From NCBI GenBank assembly GCA_965153455.1, contig OZ234493.1, positions 27,704,213 to 27,768,212 on the forward strand: a stretch of DNA of 64,000 nt, given 5' to 3'. Of the stretch, positions 37,951-49,566 are shown in pieces. The position numbers and the translations under genes are program-made. This DNA is from Sphagnum compactum. Taxonomy: Eukaryota. The first letter of the stretch is position 1. Each line of letters opens with the position of its first letter. The notes under the pieces were generated by a model that had not been told where the DNA came from, ran no database searches, and worked only from the letters and a program-made list of their open reading frames with translations.

Positions 37951-40829
37951 AACGGGGCCATGGCGTGTTGTTGCTCACGTTTTTTCGCAATCGAGAATTT
38001 TTTAAGAAAATAAAAAACATAAGTGCATCATCATCATCCTCCGCTCAATTCTACAAGAACGACTTCCGGCGATGACGACAACGAAAACTTGGATATGCCA
38101 AAACAGAAGCGCATGAACTCCGGAACTAATTCCGGAATCTTTTTTTGTTTTGGAAATAGAGGGCAAAATTCAGTGGCTATGGCGAATGCTTCGTACCTGT
38201 TGCGCTAAGTGAATGGACGGTGATGTCGTGTGATTACAGAAGAGACGTGGAAGGCAAGCTTCTTGTGAGTAGGAGGTAAGTGTGACGGGAGAGAGAGTGG
38301 AGGTACAAAAGGGCTTTGCTTTGGTTTGCTTGCTTACGGGCACAGACAGCAAGGGCTACAAGGTGCCGGCCAGCTTGCTACTTACAGGACAAGAGTTGGA
38401 GTCCCGCGAGGCCCACCTACGTTTCGCACGTGGATGATGAGGAAAATTTCAAACGCTTCGACTGTTTATTCGTTCCCGCTAAGTTATAGTTTCTAAACTT
38501 ATATTTATGTGTAATGGTTAAGGACACAAGACTTTTCTGGGAATGAGAACCCGGCACGAGGTGGGAGCTGTGTAAGTGTGCGACCTGAATTCATTCCCAG
38601 AACACCCCCCAACCCCTTAAAGGTCGTTACCAGTGTTGGCCGGTTCTTGGTTTTCTCAGGAACCGTCAGGTCCGGGTCTAAATTTCTTTAAACGACTCCC
38701 AGTTCCGGTCTAGGTAATATTGGCCAGAGTGAACCAGCAGCCACCAATGCACCAGTTGCCCGTTCTGTCCACTGCATGGGCTGCATTTTTTCATTCGGCG
38801 TCAGATGGGTTCATCACAGTCCATTTCTTTTTGCTGTTGATCACTGTACGTTTTTTTCTTGGTTCTTGGCCATTTTTCCTTTGGACCTGACCTCACACAT
38901 ATCTACCTTGCTCACTTTCCTACCCTCATAAGTACTGCACCAACCTTGGTACCTTATTTATTATCCCTTATTGACATAGCTACCCTAATAACTAGTTATC
39001 TTATTAACCTAGCTACTGTACTAACCACCTACCCTACTAACCTAGCTACCCTATTACATACCTTATTAATTTAATCATTGTACTAATTACTTACCTTACT
39101 GACCTAACTACCTTACATACATAACCACCCCATTGACATAAGTATTTTACAAACCTAATCACTTTGATAAGGTAATTTGTTTTTTATGTACTAATTTGCC
39201 TATCTACCTAACTACCTATCTATCTATGTTTTTTACATAACCAAATACCTAATTAACTACCTATTCACTTTTTCCACCTTCACCCCCCCGCTTCAATCCT
39301 ACTTATCAATTTATTAAGGTTCGCCCATATGTAAGTATTACACACAATTTATAGCATAAACAATGCCATAATTGCAGCCATTTTGGTTTCGTTAATATAT
39401 ATTTTACTAAATTTTGTTTACCTAATTTATTATTGAATGGACATTACAATACATCTTTTCATGTAATTATTATAAATATGTATTATTGGATTATGGTTTA
39501 AATTTAGGGTTCGGACACATAAATTAATTAAATTTTTTTTCACAAATGTATAGTAATTAACTTAAAGTAGACTAAATTTGAGGGAAAATTTTTAAGGTTT
39601 ACACATATGTGAAGTAATACAATTGCATTCTATATCTTCTTCAAAGAGAGTGAAAAAAATTAGGTTGGAGAGATCACACAAAGGTAAAAGACATATCTTC
39701 TCTTTTGGTTTTGTACAAAATTTATTTGATTGTTTTTAAATATTAAGGTATTTTCTTTCAGTCAATAAATATTTATAGTTTTAAACATTTAAATTTTTGT
39801 TAGTAAGGTAGGTGGTTAGTAGGGTAAATTTAAATTTTTTCCTATGTTTTTTTAAATTTATTTATTTTGCATTATATAATTTGTATAGTTTGTATAGTTT
39901 TTTGGGTTTAAAGCATACATCACTAGGACTTTTTTTTGTTAGGGTTGTAATAAGGCTTATGGAAAAATATCATTTGGATTTTTAAGGTTATGCTTTATGA
40001 TTTAATGTTTAAGAATTTGGTTCATATATTTCTGAGCCTAAGGTTTATACTCTAAACTTTGCTCATTGTATTGATTTTTGATCTTATCACTTGTTTAGAT
40101 CTATGCCATAATTATGAATCCCCTTTGTTTCCATATGTTCCATAATTGTTAGAGTTTAATATTTTCTAACCCACTTTTGTACGACTTATGATATTTTAGG
40201 GTTGCGTTTTCAATTGGGACTACAAACTCTGGTGGAACGTTGTCATCTTTTATTCCTAAAGGTATGCATTTGTCTCTTGTTACTTTATATACATATATAT
40301 ATTCACAATTCAACCTCTTTTCATTTCCTAGTTATTGGATATAAAAAGTATACAACCATAGATAAAGGTTTTATACCTTTACATGGATATTGCATATTCA
40401 ATATCTCTTTGTAATTTGATTTTTTCATACCCATATGCAAATAATGCATTGACTCCCCACAACTAGCGTGGATTTTATGGCTTAAGGTAGGTGTTACATT
40501 TTGCACCTCTCAAACAGTGTGCATTAATTATCATTATGTGGGTATTGCTACATGGGGTTTTCAATGATGGAAGGTTTAATAATTCAATGTGGGTATTGCC
40601 AAAGTTTGTTTTAGTATATGGGTTCATAATGCAAGTATTGTACGTTATGTACATTTGGAATAGTAAGTATTTTATATCATGATATGGGTATTGTAATGGG
40701 AATTCCAAGTCACAACATTGATTTTAAAGGAGCCATGTATGTATTGCATTTTTGGTTTTAATTCAATGATGAATGTTTATAAAATTATAAATTCTCTTGG
40801 TGCAGGAATTTGTCCTATTTCCTTCAATC

Positions 40830-43527
40830 ATGGGAAGGGTTCCAAAGTCCCATTCCATTCATGTCCAAAACCCCACCAAGTCCCTTTTCTCAAACAAAGA
40901 TTTAGTGTGGAGGTCCGGGATACACCATGGAGGGCAAAATAAAGTGACCATTTCAATTTGCTTATGTTCCATATGCTTGCATCTTGAAATTCTTGGAAGG
41001 TGAACGAGGGGATACGAGCACCCCTGTGGAATGGAATGTTTACAAAAACTTTCCAAGCCAAACGGATGTCAAGCAACCAACTATCAAAAACCACCTCTGG
41101 CATACGTGGTAAACATTTATGGCATTAACCTTTTTAATTTCTTTAATTCATATACTAAAAGATGTAATCATTTACGTTTTGAAAGTCTTTTGGTCTAGGT
41201 ATTAGTGCGGATATGGACCAGAGGACTATCGGGAAAATTCAACCCACACTCGATCTATTAAACGAGGATGCCTAGTGTCATTCTCAATCAAATGTCTATA
41301 CACACAACTTGATGTGGCTGAGATCACAATTTATCATAAGGCCCATACACGAACTGATGAGTCATTCGCACATGGTGAGCATGACCCGGAATTCGTTTCT
41401 CGTATGTCTCATTATGCTCCACACATGTCACAAGCATTGAAGGACCACATATGGGCCCAACTAAGCTTAGGTTACACGATCAAACAAATATATGACAAAC
41501 ATAAAACAATTTGGGGGGAACGTGTGAATGCGGGTCAAAGCATGACACAAGATGATTTCATTTGGCTTCAAGACATTGCTTATTTGGATCGGAAACATAA
41601 GAAAGGGAATTGGCATTTACACATCAACCCTGTAATTTCAATTCGGTCTTGGGCTCTCCAACATCCGGAAGATGTGTTTTTTTTCCAAGATGTTGATGAA
41701 ATCTATGGGATTCAAGTCCCATTCACCATAGGTATTCAAACACCAACTCAATGTGAGTCCATGCTATCATATGGTCACAATGGTGCCATTTCTATGGATG
41801 CCACATTTGGCACAAATGACATGAAATTCCATCTATTCACTTTGATGGGGTTTGATGATCATCGCATGGGTGTTCCTTTAGCCTGGATCATTACAAGTAG
41901 GCAAATAGTTCAGGATTTGATCGAATGGTTGAAACCATTAAAAGATAAGATGTTATCACACATGCGACATTGGAAACCATCATGTTTTCTCATTAATGAT
42001 GCACCTCAAGAATTGAAGGCATTACGATTAAATCTATACCTGGTACCTACTTTGTGTTTATTTCCTTTGATTTTTTTAATATCTTTCATAAATTTCTTGA
42101 TTACTTCAAATGCATTTTATGTTGTACTAACCCCATCCACTCATGGAAATTTTATTGCATATGTGTCTTTGTTACGGTCATTTGGGGTATGGACAAGGTT
42201 CCCATCTACCTTTGTTGTTGGCATGATCTCAAAGCATGGCGCTTACGTGGTACTGAAAAAATCAAAGATGTGGAAGTGTGGGGTGGAAACCTCTAAGACC
42301 TTCATGATGTGATGTACATGTTCATCAATTATGGAGAAAAAATTGATGACTTTAAAGAGCGTGGGAAGGTTGATGTGAGAGAAAGCCTTCATAAACATAG
42401 GCATGGTGATGAGTGGACAAATTATTTATGGACTTATTACCATTAGTTTGGTAAGTGATAATATTTATCATGGTTTAGTATTCAAAATTCTTTTGTAATA
42501 ATGTTATTCATCCTTGTGCATTGTGTTTATGTTTGCAGAATTATGGATGGTGGGTGTTCAAAGAGTGCCCCATTCCAACTAAGACGCCCAAGCGAGCATT
42601 GAATCATATCATGATGCGTTGAAATGTTGGCTTGCTCTTAACACAAAAGGCCTTAAAGGGCATAGGATTGATTGGGTGGTGTGACGATTAACATCAACCA
42701 TTGCACGCTACTACATGCACACATTGGAAATGAAAAAAAAAGGTTTCACAAAAAATAAGGTTATGAAGGCCATTATTACATGAAGTGTGGAAAAGGTAGT
42801 CCTTATTCCATTCACCCATGTGTACCAACCAACCCTTGAGAGTGATGGAGCTTGGGGTGTATGGAGCCAACGCCTTCCCAATGTTATTTATGGGGTGAAA
42901 TTCTCATTCATCGAAATATTTTGTTGCACATGTGAATGGGCATTACGAGGGAACATGTGTAAACACGAAATTGTGGTCATTCTCACATGCACATACATTT
43001 TTCAAGAGGATATCATTCATTACTGTAGAACATCGTATGGATCACATCGTGGAGGGTTGGGTCACATGTTTGTGGACCCACGACATATTCCAAATGATAT
43101 GGAATCTAATGATGATGACGAAGATGAACATCTTGAAGATGATGATGGGATCATGGAATTTGATGGGCTCATGTACATGGAGCAAAATGATCTCCCTATG
43201 GGTGCCATTGTAGGGTTTAATGACACAATAAATTCATCAACCCCAATGGAAAAGGTTCTTGCACAATTGGTCACTATAATGCAAGAGATCACAAATGAAT
43301 GTAAAGAAGACGATGTGACACTTTGTGAACATGCCACCTCACACATGAGAGTATTGGCATGTAATATTTGTAACATAGGCCTCACAAAGGCAAATGCAAT
43401 TTCACACCCAAGATTGGTGTTACATCGCGTAGAAGATGGATTGGGAAATAGTGTCAAACAGTTCAAAGAGTGGCATGAAACAATGCTCAATCACACAAAT
43501 GTACGTACTAAACGATGTCATGAATAA
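40830..43527 (+). pseudogene. MULE-type DDE transposase with SWIM finger (At1g60560/At4g13970-like), intron-containing, disrupted
   Basis: Motifs IHVQNP..FSNKDLVW, CGYGPEDY, RSIKRGC..SFSIK, FTIGIQT, MDATFGTN, PLAWIITS, INDAPQE, QASIESYH and SWIM CTCEWALRGNMCKH. Several stops and frameshifts, and a mutated donor site near 42027. Confidence 0.85.
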
Positions 43528-46500
43528 ATGTCTCAATTACTAATCAAGATTGTTGCCATTGGCACTAAGAATTTTGTTTTAGAATCAATTTTGTATTGAG
43601 GAAACCATAGCCCAAATTCTTTGAACATTATGTATTCAACACACACATGAAGTCTAATATGGCACAAAGGTTATTATTGTTTCCAAGTAATAAGCACAAA
43701 AAATGTGAAATGCAAAAACACAAGGATAGTGATAATATTAGTGTTAAATGCAGGTATTGTAACTAGGCCCTAAATTCCCAGTTGGTAAAGGTAAGTACGA
43801 GTGTAGGTATTGCAATGAAACCCCAAAATTCCAGTTGGTAGAGGAAAATATAAGTTCGAGTATTGGAAATTTAAATGAAAAATCAACCTTAAATGCAATA
43901 CCCACGCTTCAAAAGAACCCATCGAGATGGTTTAAATACCCTTAAGTGAAGACCTAGCCCTAAACAAAATACCCACATGCAAAGTCACTTTGAAATAACC
44001 CAACCTTATATGCAATATTTGCATTCAAGGTCATTTCAAAATTACGCATGTGGGGTTTAAGCCTTTTTAAATGAAGATCCTACCTTAAATGCAATACCCG
44101 CATTTTGGGCCACTCCAAAATAATTAGTTAACATCAAAATAATATGCTAACAAAGGTGTGTATAGAGGTTGGGGTTGTTGATTAGGAGTTCCATGATTTT
44201 TACTTTGTTTCATTGAATTTGAAAAAAGGTTGTATTGTTTGTGGAACAAATAGTACAATGACAATTATGATCAAATTTATCTTGGTGTAGGAATTTTTCA
44301 TGGAAAAGTTAAACTTGCAATCTATAACGTGGAATAATTATCTTACATAGTGATTTTAATAACTTATTAAAACAAAAATATAAGTAAGTTAATCAATCAA
44401 ATATCAAATTAATCAATCTGATTTTTAGATCCAACTTTTTATTATCCAAGTAAATAAAGTTAAACCAAACGATTAGTTAATTACTTTAAATAAATAAATG
44501 ATTATCTAAATCTTGATAATTAATCATTTAAATTATCAAAAATATTGGTCAATTAATTATTTAATTATATGGCAAAATTTGTTGATAATTCATTAGTTAT
44601 TAGAAATATTTTACATTAAATTAGGGGGGAAGTTTTTAGGGTTTAGACATATGTGAAACAATATAATTTCATTTTATATCTTCTGCAAAGAGATTGGAAA
44701 AATTAGGCTGGAGAGATCACACAAAGGTAAGAAACAAACCTTCTGTGAAAACCTAACTTTAATTGTAATACAAAGTTTGTCCAGATCAAAAAATTAAAAG
44801 TTCAAGCTTAAATTTTCTTCAAATATGTTCATATTTATGTTTTTTCCCTTTTAAAGTTGTAAACTCATTTCAAGAAACAAAAATATAAAGTCTCTAATTT
44901 AATAAGATTTTAAACTATGTTTTAAAAAAAATTAAAGCACATAATTTTCTACTTTTCTTTTTGTTTCACATAATAATAAAAATGATCTCTCCCATATCTT
45001 AATCCTATGTTTGATTGAAATTTAATTTTATACTTTTTTATATATAGTAAATATTTTTTTGATTAAAATAATCATATTGTGGGTCAAAAATATTTATATT
45101 TATACATATATAACACAAGTCCTTATGTAAACTTTATGTTTTATGATGTATACATTACTACAAAATGTGGGTGCAGTTCACTAGTCCTCATTCACTAGAC
45201 CAGTGAATTCACTACTTCTTCGCTAGTCCCCGTTCACTACAACCAATGAATTCACTCAAAATCCAATGAAATCACTTGGTGTACAAGGACGCATTTTGTT
45301 GTAGTGATAATATTGATTTAAATATTTGTCCAAATATATAATGATATTGTGGAATTATATTGTTGATTCATTTCAATACATATAATATTTTCATACTTAT
45401 TTAAAATAATATAATCCTATGGTTACGTATATTGTAATTATTTTTAATGAACTTTGTTTTCAATGCGAATTTTAAAATTCCAAAATATTAATAGCTAGGT
45501 ATGAAAATGTTCATAAGCTCTTAAAAGCCATGTCAGAATTTGTGTGGATTTGGAAGTTTTGTGAGGGCCAAGTTGTTATGTAATGTTTGGACACCTTCAA
45601 AAGCTGAAACATGACTTGACTACCCAAAAAAATAATATTGTTCATAAAAAAACAACCAAGAATCTGTAGCCTTAACAAATTACTAGCTTCAACAAAAGCT
45701 CATCACCAAGGTTGTTAAGTAACCTAATTAACTACTTAATAGGCTACTTATGTAATATAGGCCTATTATGTAGTTTATTCATTAGTGTAGGCCTTCTAGG
45801 TTATATCTTAGATGGTCTATGTAGGTATTGAAGGTGGTTGAGCTTATTAAGTAAACATACTAGTTATATAGGTAGTTTACTAGCCTAGGCCACGTAAGCC
45901 TAATAAGCATTTATGACAGTTTAACGTCTATTCCTTATTATCTTATATTATATTATATTATATTATAACATATTAAATTTGAACTAAAAGAAATTATTAA
46001 AAAGAAAACACATTTTTTCATATAATTGTTATAAGTGTATACTATTGGATTATGATTCAAATTTAGAGTTTGGGAAACCCTAAATTAATTAACATTTTTT
46101 TTACAAGTCTATGGTAAATAAAATAAATCTACGGTGCATTTTAGGGGGAATTTTATATGAAAAAAATGCAATATATATTTTAAAAGAAAGTGAAAGAAAT
46201 CAGCTTGGAGATATTAACAAATGGTAAGAGACATACCTTCTTTTGTGTTTTGTTACAAATTTTATTTAGTTATTAAAAAAATTAAGGCTAAATTTGTAAT
46301 TGGTGAAAGTAAATATGTGTGTGGATATTGCAAAATTATATGAAACCTTAACCCTAAATGCAATAGCCATATTCAAGTTCATTTCAAAATAACCCATAGG
46401 TGATTAAGGTAAAACCTGTAGTGGAAGGGCAACCTTAAATGTAATACCCACATGTAAGGTCACTTTGAAACAACCAATATGTAGTTTGGGTGCGCCTTTG

Positions 46501-46719
46501 AATGAAGACCAAGGCCTAGATGCAATACCTCATGCAAGTTCATACTGAAATAATCCATAGGTGATTGAGGCAAACCTTATGTGAAGACCCAACCCTAAAT
46601 GCAATACTCGCATGTAACGTCATTTCAAAATAATGAATAAGGGGTTTGGGTACCCAAAATATTTCTTTTTATATACATAAATTAATTATTATTCTAAATT
46701 AATTTTATGACAAAATGCA

Positions 46720-46930
46720 GGTTTTGTAATGAATGTAAAAAACCAGCAATTATTATGGGACTTATATGCGCGTGTTACAATGAATGTAAAAAACCAACGA
46801 CTATTATGGGACCTATATGTGGGTATTGTAATGAATGTAAAAAACCAACTATTATTATGGGACCTATATGCAAGGTATTGTAATGAATGTAAAAAACAAC
46901 ATCTAATATGGGACCTATATGTGGGTATTT
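46720..46930 (+). repeat. 51-bp tandem repeat, 4 copies
   Basis: AATGAATGTAAAAAAC...TATGGGAC.TATATG at 46728, 46779, 46830 and 46882. Confidence 0.9.
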
Positions 46931-47393
46931 CATATTTGAAAATGGCCTTATGGAATTTATAATAGAAAATGATATAGGTATTATGTGTTTAAGATGTGTG
47001 TATTGTTTTAAAAGTCTTTAGGTGATGTGAGTCTTGTTACATTAGATATAAGTATTACACATTGTTCATTTTGATCTTTGTAGACCCTAAACAAATTAAT
47101 GTTACCTATTCATATGGGCCTATTTAAGGTTTGATTCTTACATCTAAAGTACTAAGAAAATTATGACAAAGAAGACATATATGATTAACCATATACCCAT
47201 CAAACAAGTGTGACGAGAAGATAATATTATATTGATAAAAGATGTACAAAATTGGGTGGATGAAAAATGATTAAAGAACCTAATGAAAAATAAAAGGTTT
47301 TAAATAACATATCAAAGGATCAAAGTTCAAAAATTGGGTAGTCCAAAAAATTAAAGGGGTGAAAAAACCTAGCTAACTATATAAATTGAAACC

Positions 47394-48900
47394 TTAAACC
47401 AAATCAATATTTACAATCCCGTGTTTAGCGCGGTAAGCAGTTGTTGCATTTGCAGCCCTTGCTGCATGATAAGCAGTGTAGAAATGGCGGCGTTGCATCT
47501 CAACCTGAATTGCATTTGCAACAAACTCTTCCTTTGTTGTCTCCTCAACCCTATAAACACCCAAAAACCACCAAATTAAACCTTAACACACCTTGGATGA
47601 AATAAAATTATAAAAAAACAATAAACATTGATTATTATTGTTTTTACCTTCCATGATCATTCTAGATTCATGAAAATCCAATACATTTATCAATTGTTTT
47701 GTCCGACTTGTTATACTAGACTCTCGATCCCAATTTTGACATCCTATGCCATTTTTAATTATCATGCACACAACAGGTGGATCGAATCATCTCTTGTAAA
47801 TCTTCATGATTCTTCATCCGTGATGTTGCATCTCGAGGCACACTTCCCACGCCCCAGGCATTGAGACCCAACAATTGCAACAGTTGTTCTAAAGTTAATT
47901 TGACCAAAGCTAGTTTTGGGAATGGTGGACAATGTTTTGCAACATTACTAGGTTATTGCACTCGTGTTTGCTTCAGCATGAATGCGACTAGTAACCTTTT
48001 GATCATTCTGCCTTTGCACGGCCATGGCATTTCCCAAGATGGAGCATTCATTTTAACATGGTCTTGATGTCAAGGACCTCCTTCAAAAGTTGAAGGCCTC
48101 CCAGGTTTAGCTTTTTCTGCCACCAAGCCATGCACCTCCTTTAAATGCTTGGTCAACAACCATTTGGCACAATATGCAACAATGCAAATGCCAACTTTAC
48201 ACTTCCATTTCGACCCAACCTTCGTCCATTCTTTGTCCTTTCGAGCCAAATTAGGTGGACAAGGGGGTGCCGATGACTAAAAAGCCTGGTCGGTTTCAAG
48301 TTCCAGACCTAAACCAAAAAATATCAAAAAGCAAATCAATACTTTGTAATAAAAACATCCTAACCCTAAAACCTTACACATAAAGAGTTCAAAAAATAGA
48401 ATGCAGGTATTGGAAAATATAAAATCACACAATCAGATACAACTCCTACAAACTTTAATTGTTTTCAGGTATTGCAATAAATGTTTTTTGACAAAAATGA
48501 TGGAAGGTGCGGATATAATTAAACTTCAAAAAACTTGTACAATTTCTTTTATTTGCATTTAATCTAATGTAAATAAATTTTAAAACAATCTAACCCATCA
48601 TTTTTCGATCGAAATTCTCAATCTACATTGAGAATGATTTCACCATTTGAATTGCAAATTATCATCATTGTCAACTCTAATCCCCATAGATTACTTGATT
48701 CATCAATTTTCAATTCTCATTTCTGGTGGAGCAACATTTTGCTCACCAATTGTCTAATCTCCTGAATCAACATTTTGCTTAGCAATTGTCTATTCTGATG
48801 AAGCAACATTTTGCTTAGCAATTTTCTATTCTGATGAAGCAACATTTTATTCAGCAACTTCCAAATCATCACCACCTTTCTTCAATTTCCTTCCTCTAGC
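47394..48900 (-). pseudogene. Degenerate spliced gene encoding a C2H2 zinc-finger protein, convergent with the MULE transposase
   Basis: Minus-strand translation near 48240-48095 gives KEWTKVGSKWKCKVGICIVAYCAKWLLTKHLKEVHGLVAEKAKPGRP (C-x4-C-x12-H-x4-H). Putative last exon ~47550-47394 (VEETTKEEFVANAIQVEMQRRHFY..*). Putative upstream exon with a 36-bp repeat. Contains stops and frameshifts. Confidence 0.6.
48721..48858. repeat. 36-bp tandem repeat, 4 copies
   Basis: TTCTG.TG.AGCAACATTTTGCT.A.CAATTGTCTA-like unit. Length is a multiple of 3 and it lies in the putative exon of the zinc-finger gene. Confidence 0.85.
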
Positions 48901-48989
48901 CATTACAACCTTCAACATAAAAAAAACCCACCATTTCATTATTAAATGTCAATTCTAATGAACTAAACCAAAAGGACCAAAAAAAAAGA

Positions 48990-49395
48990 AAAAGAAGGAA
49001 ACCGCCTGCTCCCATCGCCTTCTTCACAACACCACCCCCATAGAAGAAGGTGACGACATTGTTACCGTCACTTTTTTCGTAACAAAATGACCAAAAAAAG
49101 TGAAGGTAATTACCATCGCCATTTTTTTGCAACAAAGCCGCAAAGAAGGTGACGGAATGTCGTCTTCTTTTCTTCGCTACAACAGGATCACAAAAGTTTT
49201 CAAGCACAAAGAAAAAGGCGCCGACAGTAGCTGTTGTTGCCTTCTTCGCTGTAACAAAACCAAAGAAGAAGGCAACGGCAACAATTGTCGTTGCCTTCTT
49301 CGTTGCAACAAAACCAAAACAAAAAGGTGCAACAAAACCAAAACCTTCGTTGTGACAGCAACTTTGTTGCCATCGCCTTCTTTGTTGCAACAAAA
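48990..49395. repeat. Array of palindromic (hairpin) units, roughly 40-70 bp spacing
   Basis: Example: GAAGAAGGCAACGGCAACAATTGTCGTTGCCTTCTTC at 49265. Related units lie at ~49043, 49102, 49143, 49211 and 49350, separated by CAACAAAAC-type linkers. Confidence 0.85.
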
Positions 49396-49566
49396 ACTTG
49401 GTAGGTTTTGGATCTAGGAAGATTCATTGGGTCTAATTCTTAGACCCTGAATCTAGATTTGGTCCCAAACCAGAATACTCGGAACCAACCATCATTGGCC
49501 TTACCTGACATAAAGATCTGGTAGAATTTTAAATAGATGTATTCACTAGAGTAGGAAATGGGGGCT

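Larger units (their letters stand above)
38726..49400 (+). mobile_element. Mutator-like element 1 (possibly composite), right end unresolved
   Basis: Left end AGAGTGAACCAG..CCACCA.TGCACCA is shared with element 2 (49567). CTACC-rich subterminal tract. Contains a DDE-SWIM transposase remnant. Confidence 0.6.

Noticed and set aside
38405-38435. GGCCCA site-II and CACGTG G-box upstream of the OTU gene
   Set aside because: Short motifs expected by chance, and the TSS is unknown.
48990-49395. CRISPR-like appearance of the palindromic array (also the 51-bp array at 46720)
   Set aside because: The repeats are degenerate, the linkers are similar to one another rather than unique spacers, there are no cas genes, and the context is eukaryotic.
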